This document shows positions 42,129 to 56,170 of a stretch of 64,000 bases of DNA, piece by piece. Both the position numbers and the translations under genes were made by a program. Within the stretch, counting starts at the first letter, position 1. Each line of letters opens with the position of its first letter. The DNA comes from Octopus sinensis (lineage: Eukaryota), in contig NC_042998.1 in the NCBI RefSeq assembly GCF_006345805.1, forward strand, positions 148,118,001 through 148,182,000, given 5' to 3'. The notes below the pieces were generated by a model, which did no database searches, had not been told where the DNA came from, and saw nothing but the letters and a program-made list of their open reading frames with translations.

Positions 42129-42689
42129 TATTATTATTGAGTGAGAGAGCAGTACATGCTATCAAAATCATGCTAGAGTATAAATATACAAAACTCAATA
42201 TACCCATCATGACTACCCATCTGATATGGGTACACTGGGCACATGCATCACAACCATATGTGCGTGACATAGAAATCTCATAAGAAAATAAGCAGGTGGA
42301 GTTGGGGTGTTTCAGTCAGAATTTTTTTCAGGTCGAATTGCCCATCCATCTCAAAATGTCCTTGAATAACAGTTATTTAAAAATGCTGAATGAAACACAC
42401 ATGTCTCCAGAGGAGAATTATTAAAATCCCAAAGAATTCTTCTCAAAACATGGCTATGATGCACTCTCGCTACTTCTGTTTGTAACCAGAAATGCACATA
42501 TTGTCAGCCACTAAGGAACATGCTCAACTGGTTAAGGTCAAACAACTGTCAAGCAAATCTGCGGTACTGAACAAAATATTTGTTGTAGCTCATCTTTTAT
42601 ACTAAGACAAAACATGTACATGTTAGTTAATACTTCCAGTCAAATTCTTGCAATTTCAAATTATAAAGGATTGTATGTTTTTTTGCTTT

Positions 42690-43320
42690 TCGTCTTTTTT
42701 CTTTATGATCCTGGAATCAAACAGACATGATGGATCAATTTGTAAGAATATTGTTATGTAAGAATATTCTTATTCTCTAGCTTCTTGTCCGTTTGAATAG
42801 GAAAGCCCCACAAAATCTTGTATTTCTCCAACTCCAGCACTCCTTCGACCCAATGATTGTACCATGTGTCTCCAGCTTCAAATCCCCATTTCTGGCAGAG
42901 TTTCCAGTGTAAAACTTTTGCAGCTTCATCATGCCTCCATTTCTTATATTCTTCCTGTGCCAACTTGGAATATCCTGCAACAATATGTGCCACTGTCTCG
43001 ATCAAAATTCCACATTACATTTTTCTGACACATTTTTCTGACTACATTTGTCTGTAGACATATTTTTCTGACATATTTTCCCTCAAGTTGTTTGTTTTTA
43101 TCGCTTGAACCTAGGCTGCTACAATTAAGCTCTCTATTTCTTTATTTAATAGCCCCCTTTTTAAAAACTAAGTCCAGGATTTTGTTTCACATACATCATC
43201 AGTGACTTCCCAAAATTGACCATACAAAGGTTTCTCTTCAATCTATCTAACATACTCTCTTTGGATTTCATTTTCACACTTGATCACCTGTTCCTTATAT
43301 ACTATCATCATTATTCAACA
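42690..43320 (-). mobile_element. R4/Dong-like LINE fragment (Zn knuckle / RLE)
   Basis: ETVAHIVAG...YKKWRHDEAAKVLHWKLC...KILWGFPIQTDK. Confidence 0.8.
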
Positions 43321-43563
43321 TTTGATACTTTCACGCAGATTTCTACCGCATCACCTGCTACACCTCCGTGTTGCTGGGGTGTGTGCAGCATTGTGTGTAC
43401 TTTTTTGTTGGTAGGGGACTGCAAACTCTTTCCGGTATAGCATTGCATCAGTTTGTTTTGTTATAGGATCTGATTGCAGTTTTTTTTTGTTGTATTAACG
43501 TTTGTGTTTTGTATTGTGTGTGTAATGTTAGTTGTGTTCTGTTATTATTATCGTTATTATTAT

Positions 43564-44105
43564 AGACGTCGCACAGTATACAATACCGGGAAGTTGTTGA
43601 TTGAAGACATTGTGTCTACCGGGATTTGTACAGTTTGTCAAGTCACAACAAGGACCTCAGATAGACAGTACTTTACGCAATATGCGTGCAGTTCCAAGTA
43701 ATGCCAATTTTTTCAATACATCTAGATTGTAGAGTATTTCTAAAGTTTTTCAGATTTTTTTTCAGTTTGGGTTGTATTGAACCCAATGCTCCGATGTCAA
43801 TAGGGATAAACTTAATGTTTGACTCTCGTAGCTTCCACATCTTAGCGATCTCAATTCTTAGGTTTCCATGTTTATTAACCTTTTCTCTTTCTTTCATGAT
43901 GATATGTTGATCTCCTGGCACTGCCACATCAATTATTAGGCACTCTTGTTTGTCCCTCCTAAAGGTTACTATATATGGTTTTTGGTGCTCTAACACCTTG
44001 TCTGTCTGGAAGTCAAAGTCCCAGAGGATTTTTGCCTTCCTCTTTTCGTCCATTACCTTTTCCGGTGTATGTTGGTACCAAGCACCCGCTTTCTTACAAG
44101 GAATA
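43564..44105 (-). mobile_element. R4/Dong-like LINE 3' end with (AAT)n tail
   Basis: KILWDFDFQTDKVLEHQKPYIV...LIIDVAVPGD...IPIDIGALG (43673-44053); ATT repeats at 43541-43563. Confidence 0.85.
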
Positions 44106-44372
44106 TAATGCTCTTAGCTTTGGCTTTTCCTCGGGGCTGGCCAGATTGGAGTAATCTCGAGTATAACCAGCCGAAATTGCAATGATAATCTGGAACTCGA
44201 CAGAGGAAATAAAACTCCGAATGACCCGTTCTTGTTTACTTCTATATCCTCTATCTGGATATTTTGTTGTCCCTTTTATGTATCACCTAACTGTCTGGAT
44301 GTTTTGCGTACTTGTCCCATTTTGTATATAAATATATAGCGGCGTACGTACACTTTGGTCTCTTATACGTAA

Positions 44373-44462
<90 letters not shown>

Positions 44463-44512
44463 GCTTTCGGTACGTTACGATAGCTGTCTATCTATCTATC
44501 TATCTATCTATA

Positions 44513-44544
<32 letters not shown>

Positions 44545-44545
44545 G

Positions 44546-44646
<101 letters not shown>

Positions 44647-44667
44647 CCTACCTACCTATACAGATTA

Positions 44668-44829
44668 GGAGTGACTGTGTGGTAAGAAGCTTGTTCACAA
44701 CCACGTGGTTCTGGGCTCAGTCCCACTGCATGACCACCTTGAGGAAGTGTCTTCTACTATAGTCTTGAGCCGACTTGTGAGTGGATTTGGTAGACGGAAA
44801 CTGAAATAAGTCCGTCGTATATATATATA

Positions 44830-44879
<50 letters not shown>

Positions 44880-45085
44880 GTGTGTGTCTGTGTTTGTCCC
44901 CTACCATCGCTTGACAACCTATGTTAGTGCGTTTACGTTACCGTAGCCTAGCGGTTCGGCAAAAGACCGATAGAATAAGAACTAAGCTTACAAAGAATAG
45001 GTACTGGGGTTTATTTGTTCGATTAAAGGCGGTGGTCCAGCATGGCCGCAGTCAGATGACTGAAACAAGTAAAAGAATAAAAGAA
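44668..45085 (+). mobile_element. SINE family A, complete
   Basis: Head AGGAGTGACTGTGTGGTAAG...GGCTCAGTCC, internal (TA)n and AAAAGAAT tail. Confidence 0.85.
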
Positions 45086-45151
45086 TAATATATATATACA
45101 TACACATATACATATATACATAATGTGGACGATATGTACGTGTGTATATAT

Positions 45152-45249
<98 letters not shown>

Positions 45250-45703
45250 ATGTGTGTGTGTGTGTGTGTGTGCGTGTGTGTGCGTGTGTGTGCGTGTGTG
45301 TGCGTGTGTGCGCTTATGTATGTACGGAGGTGAATGGTACCGCCAGTGCACAACTTATGTAAATATTGTAAAAACTATGCGCTGGTATAACCAGACAATG
45401 TATACGTATTGGTTCGAGTACGTGATGTTGATAAGCCACAAAAATGATGAAACATCGATGTCTCTCACTCTTGAATGGGATTTGGGGTGAGTTGTCTCGC
45501 GTCTCCACGACTTTCAGGTGTTTTAACGCCCAGCGCTTTGAGAGAGTAATCTGCACCACGCTATTCTCAGCCAACCGGCAAACATACGACACGTGTACGT
45601 TACATATCTGTGGTCGATAATGTTTATTACACTAGCGTTACTTCTATTTCATATTTGAATATGTACATATGTATATACATACATACATACATACATACAT
45701 ACA

Positions 45704-45813
<110 letters not shown>

Positions 45814-46421
45814 GTAATGGAACAAAATCGCAATAGAGGACAATAAAACAGTCGGACAGATAGACGATACAAAGGTGGACAGGAGAAACAACAATTAGAA
45901 GGACAGGCAAAAAAAGACGAGTCATTCGTGGCCTTCTTTCCTCAGTCAAGTATACCAGAAGTCCTTAATATTTCAGGCAGTTATACTTGAGACAGTGTTA
46001 TCTGGTTGCCTCCCAAAAAGTCAAAGCTAAGGGCATTAGACCTTTTTGTAAGAAAGCTAGCGAAGGCAAAAAGTGGAGAACATGGTACGCAATTACAAAT
46101 ACAAACAAGAATATAGCAACAGGTGTCTTTCGACTAAGAACGAATTAAATTGTGCTGGCGTTTTATGAAGTGAAAGTCTAAAGGCAGGAACATAGGAGAT
46201 GGACATAGGAGGTGTTGGCGATTGGCAGTCGGGCCAAGAAGGTAAATTTTGATATCAACACCCGCATGATCTTCACCAGGAAAAAAAAAAAAATCTACGG
46301 AAAACAACCAAGACTGCAACCACGGAAAACTACCAAGAGTCACGTGGAAATGAAATGGTTGTTTTTCGAACGGGAGCTCCAATACTGGGATGGTATAGCC
46401 CTTTTCCTTTAAGTGAAGACG

Positions 46422-46483
<62 letters not shown>

Positions 46484-46567
46484 ATCCAAACATGAAAACA
46501 CAACAACGCGAGGACGTGGAACAAATATAGTATTATTGGACGCTCAGGAAGGAAGGGAAGAAGGAGG

Positions 46568-46602
46568 GTTTAACGTCTCGAGCGGAGCTCTTCGTCAGAA
46601 AC
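46568..46602 (-). ncRNA. Minimal type I hammerhead with A14 to G substitution
   Basis: Minus strand GTTT-CTGACGA-A-GAGC-TCC-GCTC-GAGA-CG-TA-AAC. Confidence 0.6.
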
Positions 46603-47899
46603 ATAGGAAAAGGAAAGATCCAGAGAAGGGAAGACGGAGGGAAAAAAATCGCCAACGGTACACACGCGGTCGCATATATATATATATATATATAAACTGT
46701 TATTAATCAAAACAAGTGGAAGAATAGAAGAAATGAAGTTGAAAATGCACAGCGAATAAAATAGAATTAATTAGAATTTAAATTTATTTTAAGATATACT
46801 TGATAAACTTTACCGGTCTACATGAAATTTCCAAAAGGTTGTAGTGTATGGAGTTGTGTCACGAATTATATCTACTCTGATCGTTGTTATAAAAATAGAT
46901 TGTTGTTAAAGTAGGAATATGGCCCCGAATACTATCCGTTAACGTACAAATTGATTGGTCAACGTTCATGAAATGAGCTCGTCTGGCAACTGCGCGAGAA
47001 TGTCGATTATTAGTAATTTTGCTGTCATTAATTTATTGCAGGAGAGTTCACCGCTATCAATGCACCGTGAAGAAAGTTCACCGCGAGGAAAGTACACCAC
47101 GAAGAAAGTTTACCGAAGAACATACATCCATAGAATCTCAGAATTAATAGTTGAAAACTATTTTATTGAAAAACAAAAATCAAAGCAAAAAACAAAAAAC
47201 AAAAACAAAAACAAAAAAAACACACACACACACACACGCACAAATAAAAAAGAAAAAATGGTGAATTGATGACGGGGAAGTTTTTCTGCTGTGAATTGAT
47301 GACAGTGAACTTTTCTCGCGGTGAATTGAGAAAAAGGAGGCAGCCAGAAATTTGGATAATTATTAATGCTTTCGTTCGTTTAACCGAACTCTTCCAGACA
47401 AAAAAAAAAAAAAAAAGAAAAAAGATAAAAACAGGACGTTTCCTTGTTTTTTTTTTATGTGAGTAGGATGGTTTCTGCTTTGTTTAGAAGAGGAGAATTT
47501 TTTTTTGTTTCTAATCAAACATCATAAATGAGTAGTGTAATAACTTGTATATTGTATATTTAGCCATTCTGCAAGATATAAAATATATAACAAAGCAGGA
47601 CCTGCTTATATATATTTTTGAGTATCTTTCATCTGTGTTTGTCCCCCCACCATCACTCGATAACCCATGTTGGTGTGTTAATGTTCCCCGTAACTTAGCG
47701 GTTCAGCAAAAGAGACCGATAGAATAAGTACTAGGCTTACAAAGAATAAATCCTGGGGTCTATTTCTTCCACTAAAATATCTTGTAAGTCGGTGTTCCAG
47801 CATGGCTGCAGTCAAATAACTAAAACGTTTAAAAGAATGAAAGACTATTTATACGCACACTTGCTCGTGTGTGAGTGAGTGAGTGAGTGAGTGTGTGTA

Positions 47900-48001
<102 letters not shown>

Positions 48002-48698
48002 TACAGCTCTTGTACTTGTCTTCACACCGCTCGAAAATCGTTGTTGGTGTGTGTATGTCTCCGTAACATACCATTTTGACACAAGCATCCGATGGAACAA
48101 TCACAAGACTTAAAAAGAATGTGTTGGGTCAATTTGTTTAGCTCAACTTTTATAGGCAGTGCTCCAGCATGGCCCTAGTCCAACGACTGAAACAAATGAA
48201 ACAATAAATACGAAGAACGTATTTTGGGTAGGACATACTGCCAGTAAAATCACATGTACTGGTTATGCTTCACTACAGTTTTATTACCAATCAATTAGAT
48301 AATTAATCAATTGGTTAATCGATAAGTTTGTGAAAGTCCTTTCTTTACAGATTTTGATCTTATCACAAGACCAGTGAGATGATCAGTAAACATGCAATAA
48401 ATTGCTGAGGAGAAAGAGAAGATTGAAGGACACAATCATTGGTAAGATCCCAAACTGTTACGTAAGGATTTTGGCAGACTAACTGATGAATCAATTGATC
48501 AAATGGTTAAATATTTCACTGTTCGGTAATAAAACTGAAGTGACATATAATCAGTACGTGTGTTTTTATTGATGCATGACCTTCCCATAATAATCAATAT
48601 CAGGTTCGACGCACATTTTCACATCAAGAATATTTTAAAACGAATACAATTAAGTATATTTAATCTGTTTTGTTTTCTTTTTCTTCTCTCTTTTCTAG

Positions 48699-48847
48699 TG
48701 AATAATAATGAATGCCAACAAGCTACTTGTATGTGTGATAAAGCAGCAGCGACGTGCTTCCATGATCATCTGGCTGATTACAATGTCTGGAACCAATCAC
48801 ATTTAGCTAAAATACTAGGTGGGCTTTTCAAACATCACCACGGCTAA
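48699..48847 (+). CDS. PLA2: sPLA2 alternative terminal exon 4B (paralogous duplicate); isoform of 155 aa if spliced from exon 3
   Basis: Same acceptor tract and phase as 4A; (L)NNNECQQATCMCDKAAATCFHDHLADYNVWNQSHLAKILGGLFKHHHG*; all four Cys and the CxCD Asp are retained. Confidence 0.8.
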
Positions 48848-48899
48848 CTCTGAGCACTATTTTTCCATCAACTGTTTTTTCAATTTATAGTAAATCGCC

Positions 48900-48905
48900 A
48901 ATAAA
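48900..48905 (+). terminator. Candidate polyadenylation signal for exon 4B
   Basis: AATAAA in the same context (GTAAATCGCCAATAAAACAAG) as after 4A, with a TG-rich tract near 48950-48970. Confidence 0.55.
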
Positions 48906-51900
48906 ACAAGAAAATGAGAAAAAAAACAGTCATCATTGCAACATTTCCTCATGTTGTTGTTGTTGATGTTTTCTGTCAAATTAGACGTCATAGGATATAC
49001 TTATAATCCAAGGCAATCCTGCTGTGACAATCCTGTCTTTTATTTTTCAGACAAGTGTATTTTTTATCTTTTACTTGTTTATAATCTCAGACATTGAACT
49101 GCAGCGTTGCTGGAGTATCGTTTTGATCGGTGTTCGTTGAACGAATGCACTCCGGTACATGTTGTTTCAACCGATACCTGTTTTATCGGTATCTTATACC
49201 GAACCACAAAGTTACGAAGATGTAAAGAAACGAACACTGGTTGTCAAACGGTTTGTGAAACAAATACAAACACAAAGACACTCACTCATAAATATAAACA
49301 AATACATATACTTCCCATGTACATACATACATACATGCATACATACATACATACATACATACATACATACATACATACATACATACGTGCATACATACAT
49401 ACATGCATACATACATACATACATACATACATACATACATACATACATACATGCATACATACATACATGCATACATACATACATACATACATACATACAT
49501 AATACATACATACATACATACATACATACATACATGCATACATACATACATACATACATAAATGGTTAGCAGCATTTTTTCCGGTTCAGAATTCAAATCT
49601 TGTTGAGGTCTACTTTACCTTTCGTCCTTTCAGTACCAGTGAAGAAGTAGGATCGATATTAAAGCTCCCATTAAAACTGTATCAAAATTAAAAGCAATTA
49701 TTGAATTACATATGTACAGTACATCTATCCTTATTTATTACTGTTTCATTGAAGCTCATCCGGGATAACACGGTGCGCTCAATTGTGCTCCATGTTTCGC
49801 TTATCACGGATTAATCTGTGATAACATGGGTCTGCAATCAGTCATAGCTTCTATTTGAACCACAAAAGTGGGCCCACGCGATCATCTACAATGCTTAGAA
49901 TTATTTATCACCCGTGTTTACATCATTGTGCTGCGAAACTGGATACTTATTTATACGGATTTAGGTACACATAGCCATCTATATGAGGATTATGAATAGA
50001 AAAAAGCATTTTTAGTCGTTATATTCTTATCATTTACTGACCATATGTTACTAAATTTTACTCTAAATATTAATCCAACTATGTAACATTGTATATTTAA
50101 AAAACTGTTTAGAGGTATTATTTGGGTAAGTTTCTTGTGGGAGAGCTTGTGACCTCGTATTGAAACCTACTTTTCCAATGTGCTTCATTCATTTATCAAT
50201 GATTCATTTAACACGGTGTTATTATTTTCTTTTAACCAAACACCCGTGATAAGTAAGGATAGAAGTACATTATAGTTTAGGGAACACAACAGTATCATTT
50301 GGAGACAGTAGACTAGCATTTGAAATATCGACTGTTTGTACCTGACGAGGCTGTGTTTATGACCAAGAAACATTACTCATGAATGACTAACTAACTGTTG
50401 TCTGTTGTAGTTGTTGTTTAGCCCCAGGTCGGCTCTGATCGAGCAAACTTATAATCAAAGTTATTTCACTCGTGACCGTTTTATCAAAGATAAAATTTAT
50501 TGAGGACAGTAGAATGAGAATTAGCTGCCATATCTTGCAGGCCGGGGCTTCTTCCTTTGAAAGTTGGGTAAATTGTATATAGAAATGAATAACAATAGTA
50601 AACACCAGCAACAACATGAACGACATGAATAAACAATGTCAGTTGTTCACGTCGAATAAAAAGAAAATATCAACATCTCGAGCAAATGCCTTTTTCAAGA
50701 CAACGAAGAAAGAAATGAGAAAGTACGAAGAATGATTCCTGTTACTTAAGAACAACAGATGACTGCTATGAAGCCACCCCTGCCCCGTCTCTCCCGTTGA
50801 GATCATGTAAAATGGATGAGTAAAAAGGAAGAGTGCCGATTTAGCTAATCCTCCTTTCTGCCAAAGAACCAGAGACAAAGATAAGTAATTTCAATATTTA
50901 GCATCGTATAAGGCGGCTAGCTGGCAGAATAGTTTGTAAGCCGGGCAAAATTCTTAGCATCATTTCATCCGGCTCTTTACGTTCTGAGTTCAAATTCCGC
51001 ATTTCATCTTATCGGTGTCAATAAAATAAGTACCTGTTGAGCACTAGAGTCAATGTAATCGAAATTGCTGGTTTTGTATCAAAATTTGAAACTATTATGA
51101 CTTGTAAATAGTCCATCAACCTGCCTCACATGAAACTTGATACCTACAACTATCATTCGAATGCAAAGTTTCTCATAATCGGTGATGAGAAGGCGACGGT
51201 GCATAGTATTAAAGTAGGCTGGTTATGGTTTGGTGTAGTGCAGTAGGGTGTATTTAATTCATTTAATTTATTTCATCACTTTAAAAGTCTGTATAGAGCT
51301 GGTAAGCCATGTCAGATTGAAAGAAGGTATGCAATAACTGTTAGACAAATAAACTATAAAAACCACGATAATTAGAAAGAAAATAGAGGAGAAACAAGTT
51401 GGGATAAAGAACATGTAAACGTTTCTACATTGTTAAATATTTATGCGTTTTCCATCAAATGGAAGATCTTATTTAAGATTAGAAGTTCATTAGAAACAAC
51501 TTACACTTTGGAAGGTTTTTAAAGACCATTTTAAAAAATGTCCCCACCCCACCTCTCTCTCTCAGACTGGTAATTTCTGCACTGGAGCAAGTGAAGTGTA
51601 ACGTGTAGTGACCTGTAATGTAGAGACGCAAACTGCAACGTGGCGGTGAGACGCGAACTGCAACGTTGCGGTGACGATGTTTAATGCAGTATATTGCTAT
51701 ATGAAGTGCAGTAAAATATATATTATAATAAATTGTAGTGAAAATGGTTGTTGTGGTTTAACCCAGGTTAATCTCGATCGCACAGAACTATTGTCAAAAC
51801 GGCATTCTAGCCGTGACCATTCCATCTTTTAAGGAGTATCGAAGACTACGTGAGCCAACGAATCCTTTTCTTAGCTGAGATTTGGGTTCTACTTTTAGAA

Positions 51901-51949
51901 AGTCGAGCGCCGATGAAGAGGATCTCTGTCGTGTTGAATAATAATAATG

Positions 51950-52003
<54 letters not shown>

Positions 52004-54209
52004 GGAAAGCCTATGACATGATCCCAAACTCATGGATAAGCGAATGTTTGAGTATATTCAGTATAGCAGACAACATGAGAGAATTAATTAACTTTAGCAT
52101 GAGGAAATGGAAAGGAGATGTCACTCAGGTGACACAGCCTTAGGGAAAGTTAATATCAAGAGAGGAATTTTCGAAGGGGACTCGTTATCCTCTTTAATAT
52201 TTGTCTTATGTTTGATCCCCCTCAGTTTAGTATTAAGGAAGGCAAACGCAGGGTATCAGTTCAGAAATAGTAATGGAAAAATTAACCATTTACTGTAAAT
52301 GGATGATCTGAAGCTTTTTAGTATGAATGAAAAAGAGATAGATTCCTATATACAGACTTTAAGACTAAAATATAGGTATGGAATTTGGCATAGATAAGTG
52401 TGCAATTTTTATTTCTTTGTTGCCCACAGGGAGATAAACATAGAGGGGGCAGACAAATGGATTACATCGACCCCAGTGCGTAACTGGTACTCATTTAATT
52501 GACCCCGAAAGGTAAAAGGCAAAGTCAACCTCGGCACAATTTGAACTCAGAGCGCAACGGCAGACGAAATACCTATTTCTTTACTACCCACAAGGGACAA
52601 ACAAGGACAGACAAACGGATTAAGTCGATCATATCGACCCCAGTGCGTAACTAGTACTTATTTAATCGGCCCCGAAAGGATGAAAGGCAAAGTCGACCTC
52701 GGCAGAATTTGAACTCAGAACGTAACGGCAGACGAAATACCGCTAAGCATTTCGCCCGGCGTGAAAACGATTCTGCCAGCTCGTGCAATATTAGTCATGA
52801 GAAGGGGACAGGAGGTCAATAGCGAAGGCATCCAATTACCAGATGGCCAGACATTAAAATCATTGAAAGGAGGAGAGAACTATAAGTATCTAGGAGTATT
52901 AGAATCACACAGTAATAACTACAGAAATGAAAACGAGAATTTGAGGAGTACATCAGAAGGGTGAGGAAGTTAATGAAGTCAAAGCTAAATGGTCGGAATC
53001 TAGTGAAGGCTGTAAATACTTGGGCAGTATCATTATTTAGATACTCAGCAGTTTTTGTAGATTGGACAAAAACAGAAGTAGCAAAGCTAGACAGAAGAAC
53101 TAGGAAAGAATTCAATATGAATGGAGGACACCACCCACGGGCAGGAGTAGCAAAATTATACCTACCTAGAAAGGAAGGTGAAAGGGGGTTAATATAAGTG
53201 GAAGACTGCGTGGAGTTAGCTAGAATAGATATAGACTCCTATCTAGGTAATAGTGAAGAAAGTTTATTAAAAGCTGCTAGAGTCACAGCAAGACATAGGG
53301 AAACCAAAACGCCAAACGAACTTAAAACCAGAAAAAAGAACAGAAACTATCTGACTGGCAGGAGAAGGCGTTGCATGGTAGATTCCCATTGACAGTTTCA
53401 GCAAATAGTAGTAGTGAGACATGGTTATGGCTGCAGAAAGGAAAGCTGAAAAGGGAGACAGAAAGTTTGTTAGTAGCTGCACAAGATCAAGCATTTAGGA
53501 CTAATTGGATAAAAGCCAAAATAGACAAAAACCAAGTAGATTCCCAATGTAGGTTATGCAAATCCAAAGAGGAAAGTGTTACTCATATAGTAAGTGAATG
53601 TAGCAGGCTGGAACAGAAAGAATACAAGAAAAGACATGACACTCTAGGGAGAGTAATCCACTGGGAGCTATGTAGAAAGCTAGAATTTGAACATACTGAT
53701 AAATGGTATGATCATGAACCTAGTAAAGTACTAAAAAGTAAGAAATATATGTTGTGGGACTTTAACATTCAGACTGACAGAGTAATAAAAGCTAGAAGAC
53801 CTGATTTGGTAGTAGTAAAGAGAATAGAAAGCCCCAAATGATGAAAAAGTTAATATTAGAAGTATAGAAAAAATAGCAAAGTACCAGGACCTAGCTATTG
53901 AATTACAGAGACTATGGAAACTGCGGGTAAAATGTATCCCAGTAGTTATAGGTACACTGGGGACTATCCCTAAAGATCTGAACAGATGGTTCAAGTAAAT
54001 AGGCATAAAACCCAGTTTAGTACAGCTGCAGAAAACAGTGTTATTAGGGACAGCTAGGATACCTAGGAGGGTTCTTGGCATCTAAGGTTACTTGCTGTAA
54101 CCCAATAGGAGGGCTCTTGGCATCTAAGACAACTTGTTGTTGCCAGATGTTAGGATTCTTTTCTTTTCCAACTGTCTAATCTGTTGAGTGTATATGAATA
54201 ATAATAATA
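52004..54209 (+). mobile_element. 5'-truncated R4/Dong-like RLE LINE between two (AAT)n tracts, interrupted by a SINE
   Basis: RKAYDMIPNSW, GIFEGDSLS, NHLL, YKYLG, CRLCKSKEESVTHIVSEC, YKKRHD, LWDFNIQTD...RRPDLVV, LQKTVLLGTARI; (AAT)n at 51937-52003 and 54197-54209. Confidence 0.9.
52407..52782 (-). mobile_element. SINE family B nested in the LINE RT region, with 7-bp TSD
   Basis: GTGCAAT at 52400-52406 and 52783-52789; removing the insert restores the reading KCAILVM. Confidence 0.85.
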
Positions 54210-54229
54210 CTAAAGGCACAAGACATGTT

Positions 54230-54585
54230 ATTCAGTGGGAGGGGACTAGTTGATTACTAGTTGACCCAAGTGTTTCACTGGTACTTAATTTATCGACTAC
54301 AAAAGGATGAAAGACAAAGTCGACCTCGATGGAATTTGAACTCAGAACATACTGACGGGCGAAATACCTATTTCTTTACTACCCACAAGGAGTTAAACAC
54401 AGAGGGGACACACAAGGACAGACAAACGGATTAAGTCGATTAAATCGATCCCAGTACGTAACTGGTACTTAATTTATCGACCCCGAAAGGATGAAAGGTA
54501 AAGTCAACCTCGGAGGAATTTGAACTCAGAACGTAACGGCAGACGAAATACCCCTAAGCATTTCGCCCGGTGTGTTAACGATTCT
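54230..54585 (-). mobile_element. SINE family B (tandem body)
   Basis: Reverse-complement match to 39263-39660. Confidence 0.8.
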
Positions 54586-54659
54586 ATAATGATAATAATA
54601 ATAATAACAGCTGTAGCTATAATTATATAGGGTAAATAGTAAAGACACATTCGGTTATG

Positions 54660-54975
54660 AAAGACCATGGGGTTGCACCTAGAAAGTTTTCTTCCGAGGC
54701 ACAAGTCTAGGCAAGGTTGTTTATGGAATACTACCAGTCACCCATGCATACCAGCCTCTCCTCTCCACGCCAGTGATATTATCCAAGGTAACGGCAAAGA
54801 AGGCAGATACAGCTCGGCACTTGTGGCGTTGCAACTCATTTCTACAGCTGAGTGAACTGAAGCCACATGAAAGAAAGAGTCTTGCCCAATAACACAGCAT
54901 ACACAGCCCGGTCCGGGAATTGAACTCGTTACGTCATGATTGTGAGTCCGGCGCTGTAACCACTGAGCCATGCAC
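54660..54975 (-). mobile_element. tRNA-derived SINE
   Basis: Minus-strand head ATGGCTCAGTGGTTACAGCG...GAGTTCAATTCCCGG with A/B boxes. Confidence 0.7.
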
Positions 54976-55225
54976 TTTCAATATAACTATAAAATCAATA
55001 ATAACAATAATGGAAATATTAATAACAATCAAAATATCAATGACAGCAGAAATATTACTGGCACTGGTGCTGCTGGTAATGCAAATAGTTGTGGTGGAAA
55101 TGTAGTAGTAGTAGTAGTAGTAGTAGTAGTACTACTACTACTACTAGCAAGAACATATGTAGCATTAGTTACAATAATAGGGTTCGCGCCACTAACTGCG
55201 ACAATAACGACAATAACGCTGCATT

Positions 55226-55265
<40 letters not shown>

Positions 55266-55299
55266 ATAAGACAAGAACGTCTATGCTCCCCATCACCAG

Positions 55300-55830
55300 T
55301 ACTACAACAACGGTACAGACTACATGGAAAATAACACATAGGTGGAGAGTAGGCCAGAAGGAACCAGTTTGATCCATCATAGATCTTACAGTTACGCTAA
55401 CTCTAATATATTTAACGGAAAGACCCCTTAACCAAATAGACCCAATTGTAACCTCAAAATACAGGATAACTGCCCGTTGCAAGGTCACTGCAAAAGCGTT
55501 TATATAGTATATAAATGTTCTATCATCAACAGCCTCAAAAACCTCCACCAAGGTTTATATTGGAGCCGCTGTTAATTTTAAGCATAGATACTCTGTTCAT
55601 TTAAATTCGTTTAAACACGAAAAGCATAGTAGAAAAGCGGAACATATATACTACCTTAGGAAAAAGAAAATACCACATAGTATAGCTTAGTTTATCCTTG
55701 ATTCAGGTCCTCCGTTGCTAGGCCAAAACACACCGTGTTGGTTATGTTCGAGGGAATCTATGTAAATCCTGTCACATAATCCCACACAATTACTAAAAAA
55801 AGTAGCACGGGGCTTTCTCTTCGTGTGTTC
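55300..55830 (+). mobile_element. Decayed Penelope-like GIY-YIG fragment
   Basis: DNCPLQGHC, IVYKC, KVYIGA...KHRYSVHLNSFKHE, CWLCSRES in shifting frames. Confidence 0.75.
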
Positions 55831-56131
55831 ATAAAATTTTCAAAACATTTAAATTTTACCACAAATCCAAATGCATAAGTTAACTACCTCGGATTTTCAC
55901 TGATATGTAGTTTGACATCACACAAGTTCTCATAATTTAATTAGTATATTTACCTTATCATCATATTTTTATTTATTTTATAGGTTCTTATTTCTCCCTT
56001 AATTCATATTTTTGCTCCTCACTTTACTTTATTATATAATTAAGAATTATTTTATAAATCATTGTTACTTTATTTATTACATCCCTAGACTTTATACTTC
56101 AATCTACTGAAATCGTGTGATAATTATATTT

Positions 56132-56170
<39 letters not shown>

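Larger units (their letters stand above)
48232..50480 (+). repeat. Segmental duplicate copy B containing PLA2 exon 4B
   Basis: See copy A; carries an extra SINE A fragment and (TACA)n at ~49100-49560. Confidence 0.9.

Noticed and set aside
44190-44240. Possible degenerate hammerhead in the repeat family also at ~32340-32400 and ~45915-45950 (CTGAGGA...GAAT)
   Set aside because: Stem II does not pair consistently and GAAA is absent in all three copies.
47040-47335. Short inverted sub-repeats (TTCACCGCG-type) resembling a spaced repeat array
   Set aside because: Irregular and degenerate, best explained as MITE subterminal repeats; not CRISPR-like (no constant repeat/spacer lengths, eukaryotic context).
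48483-48510. CTGATGA followed by the palindrome ATCAATTGAT
   Set aside because: CAAA rather than GAAA, no stem I or III, and not conserved in duplicate copy A.
50387-50878. Two in-frame hydrophobic minus-strand ORFs resembling a membrane protein
   Set aside because: Interrupted by a stop, partly overlapping the non-coding end of the duplicated block; hydrophobicity is expected from T-rich sequence.
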